Below, in pieces: positions 1-30,177 of a stretch of 64,000 bases of DNA. Every line of letters begins with the position of its first letter. The stretch's first letter is position 1. The position numbers and the translations under genes were made by a program. The DNA comes from Amoebidium appalachense (Eukaryota; Protista; Ichthyosporea), in NCBI GenBank assembly GCA_963693365.1, contig CAVNZM010000008.1:8560818-8624817 (forward strand), in the 5' to 3' direction. The notes beneath the pieces are model-generated. The model was given only the letters and a program-made list of their open reading frames with translations. It was not told the DNA's origin and did not search any database.

Positions 1-498
1 ACAAACACACACAAAGTTTTTTTTGGCGCGCATGCATGCGCGTGTTTAAACGTTTGCAACTGTACACATTTGTGAGCACGTTCACCGTGTGAATTTTTGG
101 TGGTGGTGGTGGTGTAGCTGGGGGAAAGGGTGGGGGAAGGGGGGGGGGGGGGGGGGGGGGGGGTATGGCCTCCCTTCATGTCCGGCTTTCAACATGTCAG
201 CACCATCTTTGAAATTCTCGTGTTTACATGTTTACACTGTTTGTAGGTGGATCCACATGCTAGATCTAGAGTGGTTGCCCGTGTACTGTAACATGTACAT
301 GTGCATGTTCACATATGTGATCACGATATGTCGTGTGCATCATTGTGCGTACGTATGTGTGGATTGATGGCCGGGCCAAAAAAAGTCAATCATATTGCAA
401 TTGCGATATCTCCAATCCATTTTCCTCTGTGCGCAGGTGTGTACGTGTGTGTGTGGCACGTATACACATGCGCATGTGTCTGCTTGCTCGGAAGGACT

Positions 499-540
<42 letters not shown>

Positions 541-927
541 CTTATGTGCTGTATGTGGTGTGGCCTAAATTCAACGGAACTACACAAAGATTCCGAGCGA
601 TGTGGAAGCGGCTGGTGTACGGTACTGTTTGGTTGTCCCGGGTCAACTGACTCAGGTATTGGCATGTTGTAGCATGCACACAAACGTGTACACACACACA
701 CACAAACACAAACACGTGCACACACACACACACCGTTAACTTACGTGCACACAGACACACACATGTGCACACATACACACACGTGCACACACACACACAC
801 ACATGAGCATGGGCAATTGGTGCCCACGTACACGCACTTGTCCCCCATCAATTCATGCACATTTTACTTGCTTCGAGAACCTTGCATGATATCTGAAGCG
901 TAGTTACATTTTTAGAGGTATGTTCGT

Positions 928-969
<42 letters not shown>

Positions 970-1004
970 AAAAAAAAAAAACTACTCCCGCCCTGCGCCG
1001 CCAC

Positions 1005-1039
<35 letters not shown>

Positions 1040-1352
1040 CCCTCCCCTTCCGTACACACACATACCAAATGGACGCACACGAATATACCTTCCCCCAAGC
1101 AAAAGCTACCGTTCTCCCAGTGAGCGACTGTATGATAACATTTTTGAATCTCTATGTATACACTTGGCTGTAATTTGCCCCGAAAGGAAAAATGAAGGAG
1201 AAACCTATGGGGGAATTAGGCATTGCAATGTGACATAATAATTCGGTATGTGACATGGAAATTCGGTATGGAGATCATTAACAAAATTCGGCTAGCTCGG
1301 TATGGAAATTCGATAAACGGAACTTCGGTGTGGTATTTATGCAGCAGAATCG

Positions 1353-1439
1353 TCACACGGCAAAGTAGAGCCCATCGTTTTCATACACGTGGCCATGCTC
1401 CAGCAGCTGCATGATGTGTGTACGTGTGTATGTGTACGT

Positions 1440-1482
<43 letters not shown>

Positions 1483-1991
1483 TGTGTGTGTGTGCGTGTG
1501 TGTGTGTGTGTGTGCGCGCGCGCGCGCGTGCGCGTGTGTGTGTATGCGTGTCAGTAGTGTGTATGTCTGTGGGTGGGTGGGTGGTGGTGTGTAGGTGTGT
1601 GCATGGATAGTGACCTTGGGCCCGTGCCCTACCTACGTGCACCAGTGTGGCTCTCTAATGCACAGAAACAAAACATGTTTGACCGGTTTTACAGTGCACG
1701 TGAATGTGTTCAGCAAGTGCATAATGAGGGGAGGAGGTTGTGTTTTTGTGTGTGTGAGTGTACCAGATACGTACAAGCTGACATGGGGAAAAATGGAGCA
1801 GAGAGCGAAGGGGGGGGGGGGGGGGGGGGGGGAGGGGGGGGGGAGAGGTTGGGGATGAGAGGGGGGAGGGGAGAGAGCCGTATAAAAGGTGGTTAATGAT
1901 CATGCTAGGTGTATTTTTAGTTTCAAGCAACACTAATAATAAAGAGGCATGCCCGTTACAGACATTCAACTGAACCCCCCCCCCCCCCCCC

Positions 1992-2054
<63 letters not shown>

Positions 2055-2427
2055 CCCTCCCCTCCCCTCCCCCCACCCCCCCTCTCACCCCCTCGTTCCC
2101 TCCACCCCCCACTCCCGCGGCCAGCCAATCGCCAGAACCGTCACATGGCATAAGAAGGCAATACGTAAGGGCCGTTCTATGGCATAGTACGGCTGTGCCG
2201 GATACCAACACACTGCCACCCGCTGTAGTATTCATACATAACAGGGCCGTCATACGGCATGGTGCGTACGTTGCAACCACAGGAGAAGACGTACCTCGGC
2301 AAGAGCTTGCTGGGCCTGCTCCGTGCTGCACTGCATTTCGGCCGGAATTTTCTCGAACTCCACCCCTGCAATTCAAACTAAGTTAATATCATATCGTAAC
2401 AGACAGAATGACCCGTCTGTGTGCATG

Positions 2428-2489
<62 letters not shown>

Positions 2490-2965
2490 TGTGTGTGTGT
2501 GATATGTGTGCGCACGAGCATGTAGTTTTACGCGTGCGTGTGTGCGCATGCAGTTTAGGTGTGCATGCGCGTATGTACGTGTGCGCGCGCGTCCGCATAT
2601 TTGTATGTGTGAGATGTGTACGTGTGTGTGTGTACGCAGGTATGTGTGTGTTGATTTATATATGTGCGTGAGAATGTGGTTGCGTGTGCACCCTTACCTG
2701 TTGTAGTGTTACGCAAAAAGTCTTCTATCGACTGAGCCAGTGTGCCTGCAAGGAAGAGATCGTCAGTGACCCACAGTAGCTACATAGGAGTAATTCTATA
2801 TTCCGTTTTATGCTTACAGTTACCTTATATGGCTAATCGGATCAGATCGAATTCGGCTTCGACCAATATTAAATGTGAGATCGTATGCCAGTAAGACTAA
2901 GGCTGGGACGGTGACCAACCCCGACAAACATGGGGGGGAGGGGATGGGTGGGTGGGTGGGTGTGT

Positions 2966-3015
<50 letters not shown>

Positions 3016-3365
3016 TGGGGTGGGGGGGGGGGGGGGGGGTAATAAATGCAGAAAACTTATTGGAGAATTGAGGGAATGCGCACTTACGAGTTTGAGATAG
3101 TAAGGTGTAGGGCCAGCCTTACCTAAGGGCTTAGTGGGTGTCTTTATTACCGTTGTGAAGCAGATAGGCTCACAGACAGGTGGAAAGAGGTATACAGACA
3201 GGCATAGAGAGAGAGGAAATCGGGCGCCCCTCGAGATCTCCCCTCCCTCTAAACCGTGGGAGCATACAAAAGGGGGGGGGGGGAGGGGGGGGGGGATTCT
3301 GGCAAATGTGTGCTCATGCATGAAAAATGGGTGCCTGGGGTGGTGGTGGTGGTGGTGGTGGTGGG

Positions 3366-3405
<40 letters not shown>

Positions 3406-4993
3406 GGTGAAGAACATGTACTCATGCATGCCAAATTGGAGGGGAGAGGAGGGGGGGGGGGGGGGAGGGGGGGGGGCGCCATTACTTAGTGGACGGGTAT
3501 CTTGAGACGGTTGTAGTGCCTGATCAAGCAGCTGGCTGTTGGAGGGGTAGGACGCTAGGCCGGCCGGACTAAATGGATCATATGTTTCATCTTCTTCCAT
3601 AGCATTCTCAAACATTCCGGAAATATCGTCGGATATATTTGGAAGCGCCGGGGCTGTGGTGGAGACAGTAACATGCGGTGATGTTTTTGATGGTGTTATT
3701 GATTGAATATCATGGGATTGTAGTGTTTGGTCATCTTGCAGCGTTTTTGATTGGACGAGATGATGCGATTGCAGGTCGGCACCTGTTTCCGTGGCGGAAT
3801 CGCGATCAATCTCTTGAGGTATCGTGCTTGGTGTTAATCCCAAATTGGTCGTTTGTATTTGTTCGTGAGCAGTTGCGATGCCTGGGTGGGTAGTTTTGCA
3901 TTCGGAGAGAAGAACGGGCGGTGGAGGGGCGACACTCGTTTCGTTTTCACGGGGGGAATTATTCCCTTGCGCATGCGTGTAGTTGTTATGAGGCAAGGGG
4001 GGTACATATGACGGCGTGTGTGTGTTGTCGTTGCGTGCAGTAGGGTTAATGGTGTGGTTCGTGTGGGGGTTAAGCGGTAGGTTTTGTGAAAAACGATCGT
4101 TTTCGGACCCTTGAATGGGCGCTTCTTTAACATGAATGTGTGCATCGCTTAAAGGAGGCGGCGCCGGCGGAAGGTTGGTGTCGAGGGGCAGCCCTGGCGC
4201 CGAGACCTCCGTGGGTGGCTGTGGAATGTTTGGAATGATTGAAATGCACGTAGAGGCATCTTGATTGGTTGAAATGGCGTGGTGGATTGCGTGTTCATTG
4301 GTGGGTGGTTTGTCAATTTGCTGTTGGGAATGCGTAACACTAGTTGCAACACCTGAAAATTCGGGATTTTTGAGTGTCTCTTCCCTGTCTTGCTTTTCCT
4401 GGTGGAAGCGGGCCCGCCGATCATCTTCTTGGCCGGGATCACCACCGTCCTTCATTTCGGGTATTCCCGAATTTTCGGGTTCTTTGTCTCGTGTTTTCTC
4501 CTTTTCGTCCTTATTTTTTGCGTCCTCCATCTGTTTTTGTTGTTGCTTTTCCAGCCATTTTCTCTTTTGCTCTAGGGCCTGCTGCCGTCTCAACTGTTGT
4601 TGCCTATTCATCTCGGTGACCGGAACATTTACGTTTTTTGCAACCAAATCCCCGGGTTTTTGTCCTACTGCTTGAACACCGCTCAATGTCGCCGTATCAG
4701 TTTTCCGTCTTTTCAAATCGGAATTCGGTGCTTCCCAAGGTGTTCCGCGGGCGTTACCAGGACTATCACTCAAGTGCTGATCATACCTCCGTTTTTTGTA
4801 TCCGGAATCCGGTGTTTCGGGCAGTTTACCGTGAAAAGGAACCGAATTTTCAATTTCCGCAATCTTATTTTGCGCTTTTTGTAGAACGGCAGCTGTGCGT
4901 GCGTGGTAGTGTTCCGGGAAATAGTGAGTGCGGTACAAATCCGCGATTTCGAGCGCACGGAGACAGTCGTACATGGGGTCATCATTCACGTCG

Positions 4994-5070
<77 letters not shown>

Positions 5071-5073
5071 TGT

Positions 5074-5133
<60 letters not shown>

Positions 5134-5374
5134 TGTGTGGGGTTGGGATTGATATTAGACTCCAAAGTAAGGAAACAGTCAACAACATATCCCTGTCTCC
5201 GTTCAGAGCAACCCAGCCACACACACAAGCACACACAAGCAGGCACTCACGCTAACACACACACGTGTGTAAGTGCCAGACCACAAACCACACCCTCCCT
5301 ATTCACCTACACACACAACGCTCTCGTGTCTATCATGCAGATTTTTTATGGCCCCTTATAGAGTCCCCATTAAA

Positions 5375-5407
<33 letters not shown>

Positions 5408-5591
5408 AAAAAAAAAAAATACACACGAACAAGCAAAAAAAACCCAACCCTTTGAATAGACAAACAGCCACAGGAACACTAGCACACATGTGCACACACA
5501 TACAACACGTTCATACGCACGCTCCCCCCCCCCCCCCCAAAAAAAAAAACACACACACACACACACACATACCGTACACAGCCCCCCCCCC

Positions 5592-5622
<31 letters not shown>

Positions 5623-6115
5623 CTCCACCCACCTCCCCCGCTCTCCCTCCCCCCCCCCCCCCCCCCCCCCCACACACCACTACCATCACACACACAAACA
5701 CAAACACACACACACACACACCTGTAAGCAAGCACACATCTCTCCTCCACCGTTTCCCCCGTCAACCGACCCAAACACTCCACCGTATTTCCAAGAAGCA
5801 TGCCAGTGTCATTCCCCTTTCCGTTCAACATCCCATGTTCCGTCTTGACTTGAACCACACCCGTTCCATCGTCTGTTGTAGGAGAAAACCGTGGGGGAGG
5901 TGGGGAAGGGGAAGGGGAAGGGGAAGGGGAAGGGGGGGGGGGGGGGGGGGGGGGGGTGGGGGGGAGGGTGGGGGGGAGGGGAGGGAGGGAAGGAGAAGGT
6001 TAGAGGCCTAATAAGCCTACAAAATTAAAAACAAAAAAAAGTAAAAAAAGATAGGGGCAAAGGACAGAAGAAATCGCCCCGTCCCCTCCCATTGAGGTCC
6101 AAACTCTGCCGGTCA

Positions 6116-6146
<31 letters not shown>

Positions 6147-6715
6147 CACACACACAAATACACAAATTCTTCTTTATTTTGTTAACTGGGGATGGGTGGA
6201 GTGCCCGATTTTCTGTGCGTGAATGTGTCGTTTTGTGCCTGTGTAGAGGTGTGGAGGTGTGGTGCACGGCCCAGCGTGTGTGCATAACAACTTGTGTGTG
6301 TGTGTTTTCGTTACCTGCGTTATTGTGTGCGTGTTCGTTACATGCATCCATGTGTGGAGTCATGTTGTGCACATGCCCGAATGTATGTGTGCATATGAAA
6401 AAAAAAGTGTGCATATGAAAAAAAAAAACCTGTCTTTGAGCACACAGCAAAGGATTTCTGTGACAGATGTGTCTGTGTGCGCACATGCAAGGAATGGAGA
6501 GGACGAGGAGGGGGAACCGGGGGGGGGGGGGGGGGGGGGGGGGGGATGATGGGTGCATTACAGAGTAATGAAGGACAACACAATGAAAATCTTGCAAAGC
6601 AAACACAAAGATTGTCCACGATAGGTAGACCCCACCGTGAAAATCATGTGTGTCTGTGGCTATCCACGTGTTTACTCCTAATGGAGTTTATTCCCCCCTT
6701 CCCCCCTTCCCCCCC

Positions 6716-6747
<32 letters not shown>

Positions 6748-7471
6748 GCACCCCTTTCCCCCCTGTCGCCTCCTCTTACATCCTATCTCCTCTTTGCTAT
6801 CATCCCCCCTCACACTCGCTTCTCATCTCCACTTTTTTTTTTTTTTTTTTTTTGGGGGGGGGGGGGGGGGGAGGGGGGGAAGGCGAGACACCGGGGGGGG
6901 GGGGGAGGGGGGGGTTGGAGGCTGGACTCACCGATTGAAAGGGTCAACCCGTGGTCTGTGGATGCTCGGTATTCAACCACCACCCCAGTCAACCTGTAGA
7001 TCTGCACAGTGAGAAAACGGTGCTCTAGTTTCTTTCTATTTTGTGTTCCTCTTACTCCCCCCCCCCCCCCCCCCCTCTCCGTTGTTTTCTTTCTTCCCCC
7101 CCCCCCCCCTTCGTAAACCCCCCCCCCCCTTTTCTTTTTTCCTATGTAATGCCTGGCATGTGATGGGTAATACGCAGCCTCGTGTATGACTTTAAACGAA
7201 ACTAAAGAAAAAAACTAATTTAGGGGGGGTTTATAAAGAACACCTTGGGCACGTGCAAGTGGAAAGGAGGGGGGGGGGGGGGTAGGTTGCACGAGGTGGG
7301 GAGGAGAGGGAGGGAGGGGGGGGGGGGGGGGGGGGGGGGGGATTTTTGGAGTTTTCTATATGGAAAAAGCAACACTACACCAACAATGGTCTTGAGGAGT
7401 GAAGGGTGAGTTTCTATGAACGACAAGAAGAAGTGGCAAGGACCCAGGGAAAGAAAAGGGGGGGGGGGGGG

Positions 7472-7546
<75 letters not shown>

Positions 7547-7768
7547 TGTGTGTGTGGGTGTGTGTAGGTGCGCGCACGCTCATGTGTGTGTGTAGCAGTG
7601 ACACGGTGTTGATAGGTGAAAGGTGTGTGTGTGTGTGTGTGTGTGTGCGTGTGTATCTGTTTTGTGTTGGGGGAGGGAGGGGAGGACGGTCTACCTGACC
7701 GAAGCAAAGGTGGTGCCTCCTTTCCCACAGAGGAAGTAACGTCCCGGCAAAGAATTTGCATGCTCGAC
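1353..7768 (-). CDS. Stn1/RPA32(RPA2)-like ssDNA-binding protein: N-terminal OB fold, ~470-aa low-complexity linker, C-terminal winged helix (multi-exon, 5' end not resolved)
   Basis: Phase-compatible GT-AG exons (minus): 7768-7695, 7001-6932, 5872-5722, 4996-3486, 2745-2698, 2365-2295, 1406-1353 (TGA). The spliced peptide RACKFFAGTLL..IYRLTGVVVEY..LSIDDGTGVVQV..LGNTVECLGRL..EERCVLAYSIDVNDDPMYDCLRALEIADLYRTHYF resembles the Stn1/RPA32 OB fold (DDxTG motif; EER..DDP..R.LE..YR..Y). The C-terminus GVEFEKIPAEMQCSTEQAQQALAELLEHGHVYENDGLYFAV* resembles the RPA32 winged helix. Family assignment is from recalled motifs. Confidence 0.75.
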
Positions 7769-8762
7769 CTAGGGGTAAATAATTACTCAGACAGAGGGGA
7801 GGGGGAGGGGAAAGAGGGGGCGGAGGAGGATGGGGGGATGGAGACATATCCCCCCCCTCGCTCTAGGCTCACTCACCACGACCACCAAACACACACACGT
7901 ACACGCACACGTGCACACACACACACACACCACCTCCACAGTCGCGACCAACAGCATAATCCCCCCTCCCCCCCCCCCCCCCCCCCCCCTCCCTCTCCCC
8001 TTTTAACTCCTCAGCACACACACACGCACAGACCCACCCCTCCTGTTTACATGTTTTAGTTAAACGAATTCCAAAAGCAGTAGACCTGGGAACTGGTGAT
8101 TGTAATCGACGAGGAGGAGAAAGAGGGAAAGGCAGGGAAAGTTGTGGGAAGAGGAGGGGGGCGGGAGGGGGGCAGAGGGGGGAGCGGGGGAGGATGGGCA
8201 GGGAGGGAAGAAAGCAGACTAAGAGATGTCTTGGAAAGGCCTTGGAAATCGGTTAAAACGAACGTAAGAACGAGAAACGGAAACCCGAGACAAACAGCAA
8301 AGGAGACAGGACGAGAGAGATTTAGTTGGGGAGTGGCGGCATCGGGGGAGGGGAGGTGGGGGGCGGGGCAGGGAGGTGGGGGGGGGGGGGGGGGGGAGGG
8401 GGAGAGGGGGGATCTGTCAGGATCATTTATCTTCATTTGCAGCAGAGAGGGAAACCGAAACGCGCAGGAGAGGGTCGGGTTTGAGGGCTGGGGTGGGGGG
8501 GGGGGGGGGGAGGGGGGGGAAGAGGTAGGAAGGGAGAGAGGGAGGCTCCCTAAGGCCAAAGCAGGGATCCTGGGAGAAAAGTGCAACGAAATGGGAAAGT
8601 ATGACTATCACGGGTTGGACAGAGCAGTAAGTAAAAGGGCCCTTATCTTGGATGGGGCTGGAAGCGGTGCCGGTGCTAACGACGGGTTGACAGTAGGGTT
8701 ATTGTTGGGAGATCATTCGGGTGAAAGGGAAGGCAAAATGAGTGGAAGGAAGAGGTTTTTTT

Positions 8763-8793
<31 letters not shown>

Positions 8794-11700
8794 GGGGGGG
8801 GGGAGGGGGGGGGGATACCGATAAGATTTCTCTGACAAGAAGAAGATAGTGCACCTCCGGCCCTGAACCTTTGTGTTTTGATTGCTCGTTTAGGACACTC
8901 TCCGACAACATTCTACAGATTAATTGCACGAGGCTTTTGTTGGAAGTTTCTTGTTCTACAATCGTCCTTCGCTAACTAGATGGGTGGGTCAAAGAGACGA
9001 GCCGGGTAAGACAGACGTGCTATACATTTAGCTTGTGGAGGATTGTGGGGTGTGTGCAAACACTCACGCTCATATTATAATGCTGTATTTATCTACCAAT
9101 ATTCATGGAAGGCTTTGGTGTTTGGGTCTTCCGTTTTGCAGCTGTGCCGGACTCAGTCCTGCCTCAATCCCGGATTTGAATTTTCCCGCCAAAATGGAGG
9201 GGGGGCAGGAGAAACATGGTAGATCAGTGTGCAGGAACCTGTCGGGGTTGCGGCTGCAGAGATTCAAGAGAACAGAGCTAAAAGAAAAAATATGTGTGTG
9301 TACAGTATATATGAGTGTGTGTTTCTATGTCTATATTTATGTAATTATGGACACCATATGGATACTATGTATTTAGCTCTGGATAGTGCTGATATTGCAC
9401 AACTTCTAAGAGTTGCCTTTTTTGGTACATACGTACAACCAATCAACTGCCCGGAGCCGGAGGCCTCCAGAGTCACGGCCCTCTGAAAAAAAGACAGAGT
9501 GCAACCAGCCGTCACTGTACACTAACGGTAGGCTATGTACGGCTCTCGCTTACTGCAAGCCTGGCTATCATATATCACTTGGATCTATCTGCACAGAAGC
9601 ACAATTACTAGTATTAGTGGATGTTTGAATATTTATTTTTCAAGCTATGAACATCGCCAAATGCATTATATGAAGCAAAGGTGGCCCTTGGCAGCGCGTG
9701 AGTAAGGAGCCGCCAAGAAAGGGCAAATTTAAAAATTCCGAATCACGGCCATCTAGAAACACCTGGTGTTTCTACTTCTACTATGATAGTTGTATAGTTA
9801 TAGATGGCCGTGTTCCGGATCCGAATCCACCTCCACCTAAAACGTGACGTTTGTATCCTACATCTGTCGCCTCAAATGCACAAAAAACCTACAATTACTA
9901 TTTAGGCAACCTTTTAAGGATGCAAACAAAATTCATAAGGTCGAGTATTTTTCGAAGACTTCCTATATCAACGGATCACGTACTTTCCAGCTAAGATTTG
10001 GCCCCCGTTGGCAAGGTTGCCCCTCTTCAGCATGAAGTCTTATACATCTCAACTGACCAATCATAATCGTCTGATAACGAGACGGCAGCAACGTTGCCAA
10101 AAAAAGTTTCTGTTTGTCAGCTGTCAGAGCGCGGCTTTCTCAGTGTCTGTGCATGTTTGTGTGTACATTCATGGCATACACAGGGCTATAGAATAGACGG
10201 AGAACGGAGCGTTTTGTGAGGCCTGGGATATAACTTGGAGGCCTTCTGTATCAGGTAGGTTTAGTGAAAGGGGAGGGCAGCTTTAGTGGGTAGATTTGGA
10301 ATGATTTCAAGAGGGAGGAAGCTCTAAAGACTTAGATGGAGAGCAATGAGGAAGGGGCAAGGAAAGATGTTGTTCAGGTGGCCCGGAGAGAAGGGGGTGG
10401 GGAGGGGGATGAGGGGGAAGAGCTGGAGCGAAAAAGGTGGAGGGCAGGGGGAGGAGTTGGGGAGGGCGGGGTGATGTGTGGGTGCATGTGTGTGTGGGGG
10501 GGGGGGGGGGAGAGGGGGGGGGGGGGGGGGGGAGGTGGGGGGGGGGGGGGGGGGGGGGGGAGAGCGGGAGTTGGGGAAGGCCACAGTGGACATCAGTTAA
10601 ATATGGACTGTGGAAATGTCACCTTTCTCTTAGGGATTAGGTAAAACGTGAGATTGTGGGGGGAGGGGGGAGGGGGAGGGGGGTGGGGATTGATGGGGGG
10701 CAAGGGGGTGGTGGGGGATCATAGGCAAATAAAGTGGTCGGTTTTTTGGTTGGGGAAGGCAGCGGAGGGAGGCCGGTAGTAATGGACGGAGAGTGTACCA
10801 GAGAAAGCTTGAACTTCTGAAGTGAGCACCTCCGAACTACGAAGGAGGGAATGGGAACAATTGCGGGGCGGGGGATGAAAAACCGCTGATGGAATAACGT
10901 TTAGAGAAACCTAAGACACACAGAATATTATGCACGGAGGACGGGTGGGAGGTGTGTGTTTTATTTGGGCATCTTGTCCTGCATTTCCCCAAGTCATCCA
11001 CAACATCCCCGTTTTGAAGTCCCTGAGGGTTGTTTTAAAAAGTCGTCGGCAGGGCGGGGCAGGGGAGGGTGGGTGGGGGTCAAGAGAGAATGTTCATGAT
11101 AGTGGGATGGGTGGAAATAGCAGGGGGAAGGGAGGGTGGGTGGGTGGGTGTGTGTGTGTGGGGGGGGGGGGGGGGGGGGGGGCTTGGGGAGTGGGGAAGG
11201 TTGGGATTGAAAGCACAAACTTTATTACTTTGGAAGTAGATAGCAACAAGAACGATCACTAAAAGATTCCCGGCCTTAACACGGTGTCCTCTCACCAGCT
11301 GGAGTTATAACTAGGGGAAATAATGGGGGTGGAGGAGGCAGGGAAGTGGTGTTGTTGTGGTGGGAGGTGGGGGGAGGGGGAGGGAGAGAGGGGGAGGGGG
11401 TGTTAACAATGGCAAACTTACGTCCTGCTTGAATATAGGTTCTGCAAGCGCCAACATGGGGGAATATCTGAAAATGCTGTTTGTGGATCCTAGCCGGCTC
11501 CCCGGTGGAGAGTAAGGGCCTGGCTGTGGTGCAAGGAACATGGCATGCTTCAGTTTATCCTCTTCTTTTCTTTGTTTGTGTCCGAGATAGAACTGGTATC
11601 CTGAGGTCATCGTACAGGGGTGGGCTGAATTTTGAAAGATAATAGCTGGCTAACGATAACACCCACCTTTCATATTAGAATCAAAGAATAGATTTGGGCC

Positions 11701-12037
11701 TACCCCTGTATTTATCAAACTTGATGTGATGGTGCTTTTTATCCTTTTTTAGTTTAGCGCTTTGACTACCTTTTCCTTTTTACACACATCCCTCTCAAAG
11801 CTCTGGTCATGCTTGGTATCTCAGTGTGCCCCCCCACCTCCCCCCCCTCCCCCCCCTCCCCCCGGGGCACGCCCTCTTTGATGGCCGCCGAAGTGAATGG
11901 TTTGAAACTCGGGTACTGTGGAAGACGGGGGCTGAGGATGGGTTCTGCTTAAGATACCGAAAACAAATGGAGATGAGATCTCACAGCAACATGAAACCTG
12001 CCTAATAACATCATACTTCCTTTTTTTTTGCTTTCAG

Positions 12038-27498
<15,461 letters not shown>

Positions 27499-27672
27499 AA
27501 AAAAACCGGTTTTCAGATCAATCTGGCCCAATATTTTGGGTTTTTTGGATTGCTGAATACCGGATTTTGGCTTGATATTGTGTGTTTGTTACCGATGGGC
27601 ATGTTCTTGCTTGTGGGTTGGAGTTTGACGTCACGGAGGGCCGGTTTTGGTGCTGGATAGTGTTATAGGTTT

Positions 27673-27678
27673 AATAAA
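27673..27678 (+). promoter_or_regulatory. Probable polyadenylation signal (AATAAA) of the exchanger gene
   Basis: AATAAA about 175 nt downstream of the stop codon at 27498. Confidence 0.45.
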
Positions 27679-28573
27679 TAAACAAAACTATACTCTGATT
27701 CTTTGTGGGGGAAACCCGTATGTTACTGCCGGAAAAAACGTGTTGGGTAAGATAACTTCTTGTGATTGGTCACAGTGCTTGCTTGTTTAATTTAGGATAG
27801 TATATGATATTGCCTATATTATTCAAGTCTGTTAACTGCAGTGTCCCGGTCAGCGTGTGTGCGTGTGTGTGATATGTATGCGCGCGCGCGAGCGCGTGCT
27901 TTTCTGTCTGTGCGTGTTTGGGTGTGTGCGCGTGCAGGGTGTGTGTGTGTGCGTGTGTGTGTGTGCGTGCGTGCGTTTACGTGGCGTGTGCAGGTGCGTA
28001 TGTGTGATGATGCCAGGGTATGCCAACAGTAAAACACCATACATACATGAATGATTGTACGCATGGCAACTGCGAACTTACTTTTTCTACCGCAATGACA
28101 ATTTCCGACATGTACAATCCGATGATGGACGATCTTGTTGGTCATCTGGTTCAATTATCAATCAGGATAAATGTGACTGAGTTTTCTGATTGCAAGCAAC
28201 TTGCTTCCCTTTTCTCTTCAGCAATATATGGGGGCGACCAGGCATGACGTTGTTTGCCTTTGTCAGAAAGTCACGCTCGCATGCACGTGTACCTCTTCTG
28301 ACAGCAAGTATTTAACGGGGCCCCTAGCGTTAACAGGTCGCCAAAAGCTGGCAACAGAAGGCAGGCAGACGAATAGTGAACCGTTTTGGATTCGGATTGT
28401 GGGAAAACTCTGCTCATTATTTACATGCACAAGGCATACGTGATCGCTCTTCAGTTGAACAGGCATTAAATTATGTTTTGTCTCCATCATAATTGACGGT
28501 TACTCACCCGAGAATCGAGTCGATCACTCTAGGTACTATGACGTGACGTGCTATCCCCCCCCCCCCCCCCCCC

Positions 28574-28650
<77 letters not shown>

Positions 28651-28652
28651 GT

Positions 28653-28690
<38 letters not shown>

Positions 28691-29283
28691 ACATGCATAT
28701 GTACATTAAGGTCGGGCAAGTTATGGTTCATATGCTCTTTTTAAAAAAAAAAAAAATGGAATTTTCAAACGTATCATTGACACTGCATCCTGAAAGTTGA
28801 ACCTGGTTTGAAGTTCTGGGAGTCAAGTGAGGAACAGCTAAGAATAAAAACATCATGCTCTTTTCAGTGCTACGTAGTATTGTAGTGTTATTTTTTTTTC
28901 AGACTGCTAAAATGTTCTAAGGGGTGATAAAGATAATAAGCTGGTCATGATGAACTACTTAAAGTCGCTACTGTTAGTCAAGGTAATAATAAACTTCGGA
29001 CTTGTGGCTCAGCGGTAGCCGGTGTAAAATTTGGACTCTCAGTCTTTGGTTCTTGTGCTTGGCACTACCATGCCAATGATGGTATACATGCAGAGCCTAA
29101 CAAATTAGAGAGTTCTGGTTTCCTTTCAAGTTCTTTTTTCTTTTCAACAGTTCTTGCAGTTCCTTTTCTGTTTCCTCTCTCTAACCCTCCGTCTCTCCCC
29201 CCCCTCCCCCCCCCCCCCCCCCCTCTCTCACCCCCCCTCCCCGTCTCTTTCTGCCTTTTCAAAGGCTCGGTGAAAGGGGAAAA

Positions 29284-29334
<51 letters not shown>

Positions 29335-29681
29335 GGAGGCGAGGGATGCATCCTATTCGATTGAGATACATTACTGCAGATGGCCCCCAGAATAAATATA
29401 TCTGGAAACCGACTGCACTGTAAACGACTTTTTGGAAGTCAGTTCATAATCAGACAGAGCATGACGCTGATATGGTGGTAATTATTCCAATACAGTAACA
29501 GTTACTGTATGTATACGTACATGCCCATCCGGCATCCCCCTCCCCCCCCCCCCCCCCCCCCCCCCCCCGCCCGCCCCCTTTGGGCCCCAAAGGACCTCCC
29601 AACGGGACACCACACGCACTTCTGGTCAGCACACCCATATTGTCAATGATATCCCGTGTGTGTAGGTGTGTGTGTGTGTGC

Positions 29682-29805
<124 letters not shown>

Positions 29806-30024
29806 GTGCGTGCAGCGCGCGCGTGTGCGTAACACATGTTCCATAACTGAGCATACTTATTAGCATGTCTGTCTGTAACCCCCCCCCCTCCCCTCCTACC
29901 CCCCTACCCCTCCCCGACTCACTCCCCCACCCCTCCCCCCCATCTCCCACTGAGGCTCAAGTTCTCGTCACACTAATTCAATATTTCTCCAGCCATAAAA
30001 AGGCTATCCCTCCCCCCCTCGAGC

Positions 30025-30060
<36 letters not shown>

Positions 30061-30177
30061 ACCACCACCACCACTACCACCTCCCCCCTCCCCTGCCACC
30101 ACCACCACCGCTACCCACCCAGGCTCCCATAGCTTCCGTTTCTTGCCCTCCTCCCTACTAATCTAATTTGAAAATTC

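Noticed and set aside
2869-3485. C-terminal part of the 706-aa ORF 2869..4989
   Set aside because: Read-through into intronic poly(C) after the donor at 3486. The ORF start is also an internal exon acceptor.
8853-8913. Possible further upstream exon of the Stn1/RPA32-like gene
   Set aside because: Splice sites are plausible but the frame is ambiguous and there is no recognisable motif.
28998-29070. tRNA-like sequence (GTGGCTCAGCGGTAG ... ACCA)
   Set aside because: A-box-like word only. No valid T-loop/B box and no cloverleaf could be folded.
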